A DNA stretch of 32,000 nucleotides, from contig NC_018655.1 in the NCBI RefSeq assembly GCF_000299365.1, positions 1,230,001 to 1,262,000 of the forward strand, in the 5' to 3' direction. Source of the stretch: Candidatus Nitrosopumilus koreensis AR1. Its GTDB lineage: Archaea > Thermoproteota > Nitrososphaeria > Nitrososphaerales > Nitrosopumilaceae. Positions 18,892-28,248 of this stretch are shown in pieces. Positions within the stretch are counted from its first letter, which is position 1. Every line of letters begins with the position of its first letter. The translations under genes were made by a program, and so were the position numbers. The notes under the pieces are model-generated. The model ran no database searches. It was not told the DNA's origin and was given only the letters and a program-made list of their open reading frames with translations.

Positions 18892-19007
18892 TATTTGGCG
18901 GTACTCTCTGATTTCTTTTTTTCAGATTCTGTGAATGCATTTACATCACTAGCACTTTCGGTTTTACAAGAACCAATTTTCAGTTTTTCAAGTATTTTTT
19001 TAAACAT
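18891..19007 (-). CDS. 38-aa small protein (MFKKI..KL..GSCKT family)
   Basis: MFKKILEKLKIGSCKTESASDVNAFTESEKKKSESTAK*; paralog at 27289 also sits immediately upstream of a HEKTH zinc-finger ORF. Confidence 0.55.
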   Translation of the reverse strand: MFKKILEKLKIGSCKTESASDVNAFTESEKKKSESTAK

Positions 19008-19166
19008 ACTTTATCTAGTTTATCTACGATATATACCGGCGTAATTCAACAAAAATTCCAATAATGTTAATCCTTACAAATTTCATAAAAATAAAAAAAG
19101 AGGTTTTGAGAATATCTGAAAATAATCTAGTTTAAAATTAATCAAACGAAACTAATCTAAAATCTT

Positions 19167-19295
19167 CTACTTTCTATGTTTTGGCAAACATTCTTTGCAA
19201 TATACGGGTCTATCCTGTTTTGGTTCGAAAGGAACTTCAGAATCTTTACCACAGTCAGCACATGTACATGGGTACATTTTTCTTTCTTGTGACAT
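19167..19295 (-). CDS. 42-aa zinc-binding protein (CxxCxxCG...PVYCxxC)
   Basis: MSQERKMYPCTCADCGKDSEVPFEPKQDRPVYCKECLPKHRK*; recognisable widespread small zinc-binding domain. Confidence 0.75.
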   Translation of the reverse strand: MSQERKMYPCTCADCGKDSEVPFEPKQDRPVYCKECLPKHRK

Positions 19296-19630
19296 ACTTT
19301 TGATGAATTTCTTAGCTATAAGAACCGGTGTATTTGGGGGAAAAAGATCAATAATACATCTTGTTCTTATAATAGAAGAAAAGACAAGAGCATGAAAATA
19401 AAAACCACAAATATGACTAATTGTGTGGGTATTTCAAATTTCAACGGGCTTGATTTGATGCAATATGAATTATAGAAAATCTATTCTTTACTATCTTAAC
19501 ATATTGGATTCAGAATATGAAGAAAATAATGAGACCTTATCAGATGATTAAGAAAATTTTTTGATGAGATAAAATATGCCAGCGTAAACTCAAAAATCAA
19601 AGGCAAGAATAGATCACTATGTGATTGGGA

Positions 19631-19673
19631 TTAGGCACAAAAAATAATTGCAAAATAAGCCAGTTATTATATG
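19631..19673 (+). promoter_or_regulatory. putative promoter of TFB1 (TTAGGCACAAAA...GCCAGTTATTATAT)
   Basis: Same composite element as 27232..27274, just upstream of TFB1. Confidence 0.4.
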
Positions 19674-19688
19674 ATGAATAACAATTGA

Positions 19689-20633
19689 TTGCGGAATGAT
19701 TTTTTGGTTTTAGAAGTTATCAAGAGCGACTCTTTCTGCAATCGTTGTGGAAAAAATAGTGTGATTTCAGATAATGAGACAGGGGAAAGATTTTGTGATA
19801 AATGTGGTTTTGTAATTAGAGAAACATTACAATCATCAGGCCCAGAATGGAGGTCGTTTGCAAAAGAAGGAGGTACTGATCCAACCAGAACAGGAGCACC
19901 AACGTCGCTTACGATGCATGACAGAGGACTGTCCACAGTTATTAGTCAAAGTAACAGAGATGCTACTGGTAAGCCACTTTCAACATCTATGAAAAGTACC
20001 ATTGAAAGACTGCGAACTTGGGATAGCAGAAGTAAAGTAACTTCATCTGCAGATAAAAATCTCAGACAGGCACTTGGTCAGTTATCTGTACTTAAAGACA
20101 AACTTTCACTTTCTGATTCTGTAAATGAAAAAGCATCATACATTTACAGAAAAGCATTAGAAAATGGACTAGTAAAAGGCCGCTCCATATCAGCATTAAT
20201 TGCAGCATCAATATATGCAGCATGCAGAGATACTGAAACTCCTAGAACTCTAAAAGATGTTGCCGATGCAGGTAACATTAAGAAAAAAGATATTTCCAGA
20301 TGTTATAGAATATTGCATTATGAATTGGAACTCAAGATGCCTGTTGTAAATCCAATTCAATGTATTGCAAGAATTTCAAGTAAATTACGAATAACAGAAA
20401 AATCAAAGCGCTATGCAATCAAAGTACTTCAAGTTGCTCAAGAACATGAAGAAAGTGCTGGAAAAGATCCTATGGGTATTGCTGCAGCTGCATTATACCT
20501 AGCATGTGTCAAAAACAATGAATATGTAACTCAACGTGATGTTGCAGAAGCATCAAATGTTACCGAAGTCACAATAAGAAATCGATACAAAGGTCTAAGA
20601 TTAGACCAAGATACAGAATTACAGGTAAAATAG
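19689..20633 (+). CDS. tfb: transcription initiation factor IIB (TFB), copy 1
   Basis: Zn ribbon CNRCGKNS..CDKCGFVI, B-finger/linker, two cyclin folds (SISALIAASIYAACR; DPMGIAAAALYLACV). Confidence 0.95.
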   Translation: MRNDFLVLEVIKSDSFCNRCGKNSVISDNETGERFCDKCGFVIRETLQSSGPEWRSFAKEGGTDPTRTGAPTSLTMHDRGLSTVISQSNRDATGKPLSTSMKSTIERLRTWDSRSKVTSSADKNLRQALGQLSVLKDKLSLSDSVNEKASYIYRKALENGLVKGRSISALIAASIYAACRDTETPRTLKDVADAGNIKKKDISRCYRILHYELELKMPVVNPIQCIARISSKLRITEKSKRYAIKVLQVAQEHEESAGKDPMGIAAAALYLACVKNNEYVTQRDVAEASNVTEVTIRNRYKGLRLDQDTELQVK

Positions 20634-20635
20634 AT

Positions 20636-21214
<579 letters not shown>

Positions 21215-21240
21215 ACTGTTGAAAATACACTACTAGTAAC

Positions 21241-22104
21241 TTAAGGGGCCATCGGTATCTGAATAAACGGAGTTCCGCCTTCACCAACTACCAGAGGCAA
21301 CTTTCCATCCCAGGCTTGTGTTTTTAGCCATTCCAAATAGTTTGGATTCTCAGAAAGTGCCTTATTGATAATTGCGATTGCTTCGGCCTCACCTTTGGCT
21401 TCTGCAATATTTGCATTAGCAAGACCAATGGCGTTTGCTTCACGTTGTCTTGCCTCCACCTCAATTCGTCTCAAATCATTTTCGGCCCGAAGTGCGTTTT
21501 GCTCTGCCTCTACTTTGGACTCGATGGCTTGAGCAAATAATGGCGAGAATTCAAAGTCAGTGATGGAAATCACATCTGTTACCACATTAAATTGGTTTAG
21601 CCTTTCTGTGATTGCAGCTTCAATATCTTGTTTGACAAGAGGCCTTTTTGTAATTAATTCTTCAGCATTGTACTTTGCAGTGACTTGTTTTACTGTCTCC
21701 TCGATTGCAGGCTGAATTACTCTGTTTTCATAATCCAGTCCCAAATTCTTGTAGAGTGTGTGTACTCTTTCTTTATCGGGATGATAGTTGACTGTAACTG
21801 TTGTCTCAACTGTCTGCAAATCTCTTGATGCACTGCGGGCATCACTTGCATATTTTAGAGTACGAACTTCAATGTTGACTACTTCATCTTGGAATGGCAC
21901 TACAAAATGCAATCCTTCATCAAGTGGAGGTTGCGTTAAATCAACTGCATTCCAGTGTAAAAGAACGCCTCTGTGACCAGAATCCACGATTTTTACTGAC
22001 GCAGTAGCTATTACTCCAATCAAAATAAGAACAACAATTCCTATTGCAACACCTTTTGCGGCATTCATATTTACATTAACACTAGGCGAACGGTATTGAG
22101 ACAA
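21241..22104 (-). CDS. SPFH/prohibitin-family membrane protein
   Basis: N-terminal TM, GHRGVLLHWNAV, PHB domain, IAEAKGEAEAIAIINKAL. Confidence 0.9.
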   Translation of the reverse strand: MSQYRSPSVNVNMNAAKGVAIGIVVLILIGVIATASVKIVDSGHRGVLLHWNAVDLTQPPLDEGLHFVVPFQDEVVNIEVRTLKYASDARSASRDLQTVETTVTVNYHPDKERVHTLYKNLGLDYENRVIQPAIEETVKQVTAKYNAEELITKRPLVKQDIEAAITERLNQFNVVTDVISITDFEFSPLFAQAIESKVEAEQNALRAENDLRRIEVEARQREANAIGLANANIAEAKGEAEAIAIINKALSENPNYLEWLKTQAWDGKLPLVVGEGGTPFIQIPMAP

Positions 22105-22249
22105 GTACAGATTGTAGTTGTTTCTCTTTATTATACCCGTAGATTAACGCGGGTTTATTAGTAAGAACAGACATTTTATTGCGAAATGATTTTTTGGAAT
22201 TTGATTCAATTCAGAGTTATGCAAACTCGAGTCTATAGAGGCTCAATTA

Positions 22250-22360
22250 ATGAATGATTATACTTTTACACGTAATTGTTTAGAATTAGATAGAAAATAT
22301 CTTTGCCATGATTGTGTAAAGAATTCATGTAATGTTGTAGAACAAATGGCGGTTTCATAG
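22250..22360 (+). CDS. 36-aa Cys-containing microprotein
   Basis: MNDYTFTRNCLELDRKYLCHDCVKNSCNVVEQMAVS*. Confidence 0.45.
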   Translation: MNDYTFTRNCLELDRKYLCHDCVKNSCNVVEQMAVS

Positions 22361-22465
22361 TTGTTCAAATCAAAACTTCGGAATCGTGATCAATCATCTA
22401 ATATTATAATAATTACGCTGGTGGGATTATCCATACTGTTTGTTTATTTTGGATTGGAGCGATGA
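22361..22465 (+). CDS. 34-aa single-TM microprotein (TTG start)
   Basis: (M)FKSKLRNRDQSSNIIIITLVGLSILFVYFGLER*; begins directly after the previous stop, ATGA overlap with next ORF. Confidence 0.4.
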   Translation: MFKSKLRNRDQSSNIIIITLVGLSILFVYFGLER

Positions 22466-22560
22466 ATATGACAAGGAAATTTGCATTAATTGAAAAAATA
22501 CAGATAGTCACTTTTCAAGGATTGCTTCAACGCATAAAAATTGAGAACAGATATGGTTAA
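22462..22560 (+). CDS. 32-aa microprotein
   Basis: MNMTRKFALIEKIQIVTFQGLLQRIKIENRYG*; overlaps neighbours on both sides. Confidence 0.4.
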   Translation: MNMTRKFALIEKIQIVTFQGLLQRIKIENRYG

Positions 22561-22666
22561 GAAAAAATGTGATAGATGCGGTTCTGTTTTAGGAATTGAA
22601 AGTACGAAAACAAAACAAAAATTTTGTGGCAAATGCAAAAAAAAGTTTCAATTGCACCGATATTAG
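22553..22666 (+). CDS. 37-aa zinc-ribbon microprotein
   Basis: MVKKKCDRCGSVLGIESTKTKQKFCGKCKKKFQLHRY*; CxxC...CxxC. Confidence 0.6.
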   Translation: MVKKKCDRCGSVLGIESTKTKQKFCGKCKKKFQLHRY

Positions 22667-22694
22667 ACAATCATTCTGAGCAGATAAGGTGAGA

Positions 22695-22850
22695 CTATTC
22701 CTTATAGTGAACTAGCAAAGAATTTCCCATGACAGGCATCACTGCAATTATGTTTTCACCTTTTTCTGCTAGAAAGTCATTTACCACATCTTGAAGATAT
22801 ACGCCTTCAGACAGTGTCTTTGTTTCAAAATAGCGAATTTTATGAATCAT
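22695..22850 (-). CDS. 51-aa small conserved-looking protein
   Basis: MIHKIRYFETKTLSEGVYLQDVVNDFLAEKGENIIAVMPVMGNSLLVHYKE*. Confidence 0.5.
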   Translation of the reverse strand: MIHKIRYFETKTLSEGVYLQDVVNDFLAEKGENIIAVMPVMGNSLLVHYKE

Positions 22851-22934
22851 TGTAGATAAAAAATGCATGTACAAGTATATTATACTTTGAAAATGAGAAA
22901 AATTTCCCTAAATACTAGTGTGACATACAATAGT

Positions 22935-23084
22935 ATGAACTGTAACAAGAAAAGTGAAGCACATCTTTGGAGATATTCGAAACACAATAAAATTCGTAGA
23001 TGCTTAAAGTGTAAATCTAGACTGCCAATTACTGAGAAAGAATACTATCTCAAATGGGGCATGCATGAAAACATTGCAAAGTAG
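22935..23084 (+). CDS. 49-aa Cys-containing protein (internal start of the 22863 ORF)
   Basis: MNCNKKSEAHLWRYSKHNKIRRCLKCKSRLPITEKEYYLKWGMHENIAK*. Confidence 0.45.
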   Translation: MNCNKKSEAHLWRYSKHNKIRRCLKCKSRLPITEKEYYLKWGMHENIAK

Positions 23085-23100
23085 ATAAATTATATTTTAT

Positions 23101-23199
23101 TTATTTTCCTATTTCTCTTGCACAAGTTGATGAACAAGTAGAATCATGACTCAAACTTTCATATTCTCTGCCACAATGAACACATTTTCTAAAAGACAT
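23101..23199 (-). CDS. 32-aa zinc-binding microprotein
   Basis: MSFRKCVHCGREYESLSHDSTCSSTCAREIGK*; CxxC...CxxxC. Confidence 0.55.
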   Translation of the reverse strand: MSFRKCVHCGREYESLSHDSTCSSTCAREIGK

Positions 23200-23540
23200 G
23201 TAATAATTACATGTTCATGTTATAAAAGAAAACATTTTTTCAGTTAATTCTATTGTTAGGAACAATCAGACAAAACCATCTATTTGAATTCAAAAGACAA
23301 AGAAGTTATTAAAAAACAAAACAAAATTCAAGATAATTCAAGTTTAACAAACAAATCCAAGTTTAATTACTTTCTTGAATATTCAACCACTTAAAGGAGG
23401 GTTAGATGTAGTTTAATCGGTTTAGTGGAGTTGAAGATGAGACAGTTTTGTTCACTCACTGCCACTATTCCAAAATTAATTTTAAAATTCAAATTTCATG
23501 TATTGCCAACGTTAATAGTGTAGAGTGCTTACTAATTGCA

Positions 23541-23855
23541 TTGGGAAAACGTCAAGTAAAAAATGAAAGTGCACTAAAGGAAATAAAATTGCCTGCAAAT
23601 GAGGAAGAGCAGTTTGGAAGAGTTATCAAAATGATGGGAGGAGAAAATCTCATGGTAAAATGTCAAGACAAGGTTGTCCGAAGAGGACGTATTAGAGGTA
23701 AACTAAAGAGAAGAGTGTGGATCAGAGCCAATGACGTAGTGATTATAGCACCTTGGGAATTTGGAAAAGAGGATCGAGGAGATATTTTGTGGAGATATAC
23801 ACTGCCACAAGTAGAATGGTTAAAACAAGAAAAATACATTCCGCTAGACTTTTAG
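23541..23855 (+). CDS. translation initiation factor IF-1A (eIF1A homolog)
   Basis: EEEQFGRVIKMMGGENLMVKCQDKVVRRGRIRGKLKRRVWIRANDVVIIAPWEF; likely TTG start at 23541 rather than the ORF-track start 23448. Confidence 0.85.
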   Translation: MGKRQVKNESALKEIKLPANEEEQFGRVIKMMGGENLMVKCQDKVVRRGRIRGKLKRRVWIRANDVVIIAPWEFGKEDRGDILWRYTLPQVEWLKQEKYIPLDF

Positions 23856-23976
23856 ATTCAAGTCCTTAGAGACGTTTGGAAACAAAGAAGATTCAATTTA
23901 GAATCACTGGACCAGACATCACCATTTCAACTCTAAAAATGGGTACATTATCAATGAAATGCATCCCAAACAAGAT

Positions 23977-24153
23977 TTAATGTTGAATACAAAATTTACA
24001 AGGGATAAACCCTTGGTTTGTTGCTTGTTCTAAAATATCTGGTGTAAAGTACTGTCGATGTTTCATATCTATGTTGTAAATATCACATTCTTTTTTCTTG
24101 CAAGCAAGATGGTGAACAAGTTTAGATTTAGCATCTCCCAAATATCCTGCCAT
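23977..24153 (-). CDS. small metal-binding (Ada-like Zn-binding fold) protein
   Basis: MAGYLGDAKSKLVHHLACKKKECDIY...YFTPDILEQATNQGFIPCKFC; internal Met of ORF 23977..24189. Confidence 0.55.
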   Translation of the reverse strand: MAGYLGDAKSKLVHHLACKKKECDIYNIDMKHRQYFTPDILEQATNQGFIPCKFCIQH

Positions 24154-24340
24154 TTTTAATCCTCCAAAAATTTGTGACGCATGATACATTCGTATTGATT
24201 TTTGTATCCTGGCATCTTGACTTTAGCATTATGCAGACATGTGTTTTGTGTAATTATTTTAAATACCAAATCAAAACACCCTATCGTTAATTATGCACTC
24301 CAAATTTTTATCCTGTAAGTGACGTTATTCTTAATCATGA

Positions 24341-24865
24341 TTATTCACTATCCTGTAATTTGTTATAATCCAACATAATTTTTGGGAGTTTATCATCATG
24401 GTTTATGTGAATTTTGTGTTTTTTGCAGTAATGAAAATAATTTGGCCAGTTCTTTTTAGTTGTGTTTAAAAAATCCTCTCCAACCATATCATCATACCAA
24501 TCAATAATGCTCAAACCATATGCAAAAAATCGTTCAAGATAGGTAGCAATTCCTTTTGGTATTTTTCCAGCATCATCTAAAAAGGCTATCTCATCCACGG
24601 TGTTTAGATAATCATTTGCATATCTCTTACAATCATCTGTAGTTTTAAGAATGGAGTTTTTGTTAAGACGATTTGTCAAGTCTTCATGAAATCCTCGTAA
24701 TAGTTGAGAGTAAGTTGTGTTGGTGCTTTCATGGATATTTTTCCAAGTAATCACAACCAACACAGCAAGTATAGTTGCAGTTACAGAACTTACAATAATT
24801 GCAATTGTGGATAAATCTAGAGTTTGTGGAATTTGCAGTAATATACTTTCAAAATTAAGCAACAT
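24341..24865 (-). CDS. membrane-anchored hypothetical protein
   Basis: N-terminal TM (LSTIAIIVSSVTATILAVLVVITW) and an acidic/helical cytosolic part (TTKKTWPNYFHYCKKH-like). Confidence 0.65.
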   Translation of the reverse strand: MLLNFESILLQIPQTLDLSTIAIIVSSVTATILAVLVVITWKNIHESTNTTYSQLLRGFHEDLTNRLNKNSILKTTDDCKRYANDYLNTVDEIAFLDDAGKIPKGIATYLERFFAYGLSIIDWYDDMVGEDFLNTTKKNWPNYFHYCKKHKIHINHDDKLPKIMLDYNKLQDSE

Positions 24866-24922
24866 AGTTTTATCATTAATCTACCTGATTGAAAATACAA
24901 TCATTATGAGTCTGGGTCATTT

Positions 24923-25021
24923 TTATGGTTCCCAATGACAATCGCAATTACATCCCTTTTGGCAATGAACTCTTTTACAATCAGAACATGTTTTTTGATA
25001 ATGGGATGGTATTGTGTTCAC
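24923..25021 (-). CDS. 32-aa Cys-rich microprotein (GTG start)
   Basis: (M)NTIPSHYQKTCSDCKRVHCQKGCNCDCHWEP*. Confidence 0.4.
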   Translation of the reverse strand: MNTIPSHYQKTCSDCKRVHCQKGCNCDCHWEP

Positions 25022-25296
25022 AATATTGATAGTTGTTTCATCCTAATTAACCTACAATTAAGGAAGATCTGCAAGTAAAACAGAAGTAATTACCATATCG
25101 TAGTGGTGTAAGTTTGGGAATATGCATAAAAGTACTGAATTAACTACTCAGTTACGTATACCAATTGGCAAGAAATCATCTGCATCTTATATGTTAGTAC
25201 GGCCTCTTAATGTATGACAAAAAATTCATTGCCAAAACAACAAAGTAAATACAACTATCAATCAACTAACCAATTCTTGTATGGTGGAAACTAAAT

Positions 25297-25464
25297 TTGT
25301 ACTGTGCAAATTGTGGGAATCAGGCAAGTTGGAGAGATCCTACATGTAACAAATGCAAAAAACCATTACATCAAACAAATTGTAAAACAAAGTCATCTGA
25401 TTGCAAATGTCACCAAATCAACGAACAGGCATGGACACAAAAAAAGACCCCAGATACAATATAA
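25297..25464 (+). CDS. 55-aa Cys-rich zinc-ribbon protein (TTG start)
   Basis: (M)YCANCGNQASWRDPTCNKCKKPLHQTNCKTKSSDCKCHQINEQAWTQKKTPDTI*. Confidence 0.45.
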   Translation: MYCANCGNQASWRDPTCNKCKKPLHQTNCKTKSSDCKCHQINEQAWTQKKTPDTI

Positions 25465-25646
25465 AATAGATTTAATCTAGATATTTTTCTAATTAATTCA
25501 CTTTGAACATTTGTCGCATGATGATTCACCAATCATGCTATTTACAGGTTTGAATGTATTGTGGCATATTGCACAGATGTTTAGTAAGGTTATTCCATTA
25601 ACGACAGTAGGATCTTTTTGTTTTTCTGTCAATTAATCAGTCTCTG

Positions 25647-26576
25647 CTAATTGATTGTTGAAAACAAACCCAACTTTGTTTTAAATTCACGAATTCTATT
25701 TCTTATTGAAACTGTACTGGTGTTTGCAGCTTCGGCAACTTGGGTTTGGGATTTTAGTTCTCCAGTAATCACACATGCTGCATAAATTACAGATGCTGCC
25801 AAAATTTCCGGATTTTTACCAACCGTGATTCCTGCATCTTGGGCTACAGTTAAAATTTGTGTTGCTTTGCGAATTGTTTTTTCAGATAATTCAAGTTTAC
25901 TGGTAATCTTAGAAATTAACTTTATTGGATTTACTACATTTACTGTAAATCCCAATTCTTTAAACAATATGCGATAAGCCCGAGAGATCTCTTTTCTTTT
26001 AATCACAAATTGAATGGCAATTTCTGTTAGAGATCTATCATGTTCAAGATCCTTGCATGCCGCATACAGGCATGCTGCTGCAACCGATTTTACGGTTCTG
26101 CCTCGAATAAGATTTCTCTTTATTGCCTTTCTATAAAACAGAGATGCTCGTTCAATTATAGTGTCAGATAGGCCTAATTTTGATTGTACTTTGTCAAATT
26201 CCACAAGTGCAACCCTAAGATTTTTGTCTGCCGAGTTTTTTGTTTGTGACCTACTATCCCATTTTCGTAGTCTTCCAAATATCTGAACAGTTTTTACAGG
26301 TAGAGGTTTTCCAACTGAATCTCGATTCTGTGCACCTATGATTGTGTTTAGTCCTTTGTCATGCATTTTAAGTGTCAACCCAGGACCAGTTCTTGTGTTA
26401 TCAGATGTACTTGAAATAAATCTACGATCCGTCCCTCTGTATTCAGCATTTTCTGAAATTACAAATCCACAACTTGAACAAACAGTTTCTCCAAGAATCT
26501 CATCAGTTACAAATCCAGAAGCATTACAGTAATTACAAAAAATTTTTGCTTTTTCAACTGTTGTAGTTAATGTCAA
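25647..26576 (-). CDS. tfb: transcription initiation factor IIB (TFB), copy 2, divergent
   Basis: CNYCNASGFVTDEILGETVCSSCG ribbon and two cyclin folds; clearly less similar to TFB1/TFB3 than those two are to each other. Confidence 0.93.
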   Translation of the reverse strand: MTLTTTVEKAKIFCNYCNASGFVTDEILGETVCSSCGFVISENAEYRGTDRRFISSTSDNTRTGPGLTLKMHDKGLNTIIGAQNRDSVGKPLPVKTVQIFGRLRKWDSRSQTKNSADKNLRVALVEFDKVQSKLGLSDTIIERASLFYRKAIKRNLIRGRTVKSVAAACLYAACKDLEHDRSLTEIAIQFVIKRKEISRAYRILFKELGFTVNVVNPIKLISKITSKLELSEKTIRKATQILTVAQDAGITVGKNPEILAASVIYAACVITGELKSQTQVAEAANTSTVSIRNRIREFKTKLGLFSTIN

Positions 26577-26585
26577 AAATTTTCG

Positions 26586-26750
26586 CTAAACCGTTATAGT
26601 TATTTTTTTAGCAATACAATCAGAATGAATTTCCTTATCTGTATTAATATTGCAATTGTGGCAAATAAACTCTATGGGGTTTTTACATTCAGAACAGCTT
26701 TGATATACTTCCATTCTGTTTCCACATTTTCTACAAGAGGTTATTTTCAT
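26586..26750 (-). CDS. 54-aa Cys-rich zinc protein upstream of TFB2
   Basis: MKITSCRKCGNRMEVYQSCSECKNPIEFICHNCNINTDKEIHSDCIAKKITITV*; 9 nt before TFB2. Confidence 0.6.
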   Translation of the reverse strand: MKITSCRKCGNRMEVYQSCSECKNPIEFICHNCNINTDKEIHSDCIAKKITITV

Positions 26751-26829
26751 GACTTACAATGTGTTATTGTTTGTATTAAAGGTGTGTAAAATTAGTAGAC
26801 ACTAATGTACATTGACACCACTAAACATT

Positions 26830-27012
26830 TTAAAGTTCATGAGATATGTACTCTACATCATCCTCATCAGATAATGCATCATGAAATTTTTGAAATATTG
26901 AATCATCCATTTTAGATAGAAATAACATAAATTCTAATTCCAATACTTTCAAACGATTCATTTCTGCTAATTCTTTTTCCATTATTTTTGATACGATTAA
27001 TTGTTGATTCAT
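26830..27012 (-). CDS. small helical protein, paralog of 30674..30928
   Basis: ELAEMNRLKVLELEFMLFLSKMDDSIFQKFHDALSDED vs ELSEMNRLKRLELEFLFFKTRMDETMSQKFRAALTNEN. Confidence 0.7.
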   Translation of the reverse strand: MNQQLIVSKIMEKELAEMNRLKVLELEFMLFLSKMDDSIFQKFHDALSDEDDVEYISHEL

Positions 27013-27061
27013 TATAATTTGATAATTGGTAACCCATGTAAAAGATGGGAAAGATGTAATT

Positions 27062-27157
27062 CTATTCGTCTTTTTTAGAAGAGTCGTCTTTCTTTGGCTC
27101 TTCTTTTTTCTCGTCGTTACCGACTACTATTGTTGGGTTCTGTTCTTTATTTTCCAT
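27062..27157 (-). CDS. 31-aa highly charged microprotein
   Basis: MENKEQNPTIVVGNDEKKEEPKKDDSSKKDE*. Confidence 0.4.
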   Translation of the reverse strand: MENKEQNPTIVVGNDEKKEEPKKDDSSKKDE

Positions 27158-27231
27158 ATCTATATAGATATTAAACTACATATATACTTAGTCAAAGAAG
27201 TTTATAGATAGTCAATTATATGTATAGAAAA

Positions 27232-27274
27232 TTAGGCACAAAATAACAAAATCCAGCCAGTATATATCATAGAA
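27232..27274 (+). promoter_or_regulatory. putative promoter with upstream conserved element (TTAGGCACAAAA...GCCAGTATATAT)
   Basis: Aligns with 19631..19673 upstream of TFB1; TATA-like box at the 3' end. Confidence 0.4.
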
Positions 27275-27288
27275 GAATCATGAAAGGT

Positions 27289-27404
27289 ATGTTCAAAAAA
27301 TAATTGAAAAACTAAGGTTTGGGTCTTGTAAGACAATGCCTTCTAAAGATGCAGATTCATTCAAAGAAGCTCAGAAAAACAACAAAGAGGATTTTAAAAA
27401 ATAA
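27289..27404 (+). pseudogene. frameshifted paralog of the 38-aa MFKKI protein
   Basis: ATGTTC then six A then TAA stop; with one extra A it reads MFKKIIEKLRFGSCKTMPSKDADSFKEAQKNNKEDFKK*. Confidence 0.5.
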
Positions 27405-27632
27405 ATGAAATATCAATGCAAAACATGTAACTTTCATTGGGAAGGCACTTCACAAACTTTTGACGAGGTACGTGATCATGAAAAAACTCATTTAAAAAAT
27501 AAAACTACTGTTCGTTGTAAAGTTTGTAATGCATCAAAGAGTATGATTGATGTAGAGCATAATTCAGATGAAAAATGGGAGTGTCAAAATTGTGGGAACA
27601 TACTTGATATGCAAGGTCTAATTAGTTCATAG
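27405..27632 (+). CDS. 75-aa double zinc protein: HEKTH-type C2H2 finger plus C-terminal zinc ribbon
   Basis: MKYQCKTCNFHWEGTSQTFDEVRDHEKTH...VRCKVCNASKSMIDVEHNSDEKWECQNCGN. Confidence 0.75.
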   Translation: MKYQCKTCNFHWEGTSQTFDEVRDHEKTHLKNKTTVRCKVCNASKSMIDVEHNSDEKWECQNCGNILDMQGLISS

Positions 27633-28248
27633 TAAGACAATGACAAAAATAGATTTTAATATTTTTAACACATACAACACTCTTTATACTTTGTTTCCAT
27701 TTTAAATGCATGTCAAATCAACTATATTGCCAAGTATGCCATAAACTCAAATTCACCAAGTTTGATAAACAACAAAAATGCGAGTGTAAAACAGGTAAAA
27801 ATTAAATCATTTTTTGACTATTTCCATAACAGTTACTTTTCAGTCCACCAATGATGTTTCTCTTGGATGTTGTGATGTAAAAGCATATGTAAGATTTTTT
27901 TAATATTTTTGAAAACTTTGAAATTCATTAATTGAGTATTTCCTTTTTCCACACATTGCATGCAGGACATCTATTTGTGATTTTTTCTCCTAATTTTTTC
28001 AAGAATACATTTCCACAATTATCACAAGATCTTAGATTATCAGTTGTTATCAGGTTATTACTACGTCTTTCTTACTTAAGTACTGGATCATTTTTCAAAC
28101 AAGAATCAATTAGAATACTGTTAGGCACAAAATCTCAACAATTTCAAATGCAATTCCTTGACAAACGGTTCATAATGCTGACAAATTTGTCGATAAAAGT
28201 AACAGAAAAGTCAGCGTTTGTTAATATTCCCGAATTCACATACGGTAC

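Noticed and set aside
18829-19044. ORF-track plus-strand 71-aa ORF
   Set aside because: Antisense to the densely packed minus-strand MFKKI and HEKTH ORFs; composition has no domain signature.
19195-19395. Plus-strand 66-aa ORF
   Set aside because: Antisense to a recognisable CxxCG...PVYCxxC zinc protein (19167..19295 minus).
18300-19640. Low annotated-gene density read as a transposon or prophage remnant
   Set aside because: No transposase, integrase or terminal repeats visible; space is filled by tiny ORFs instead.
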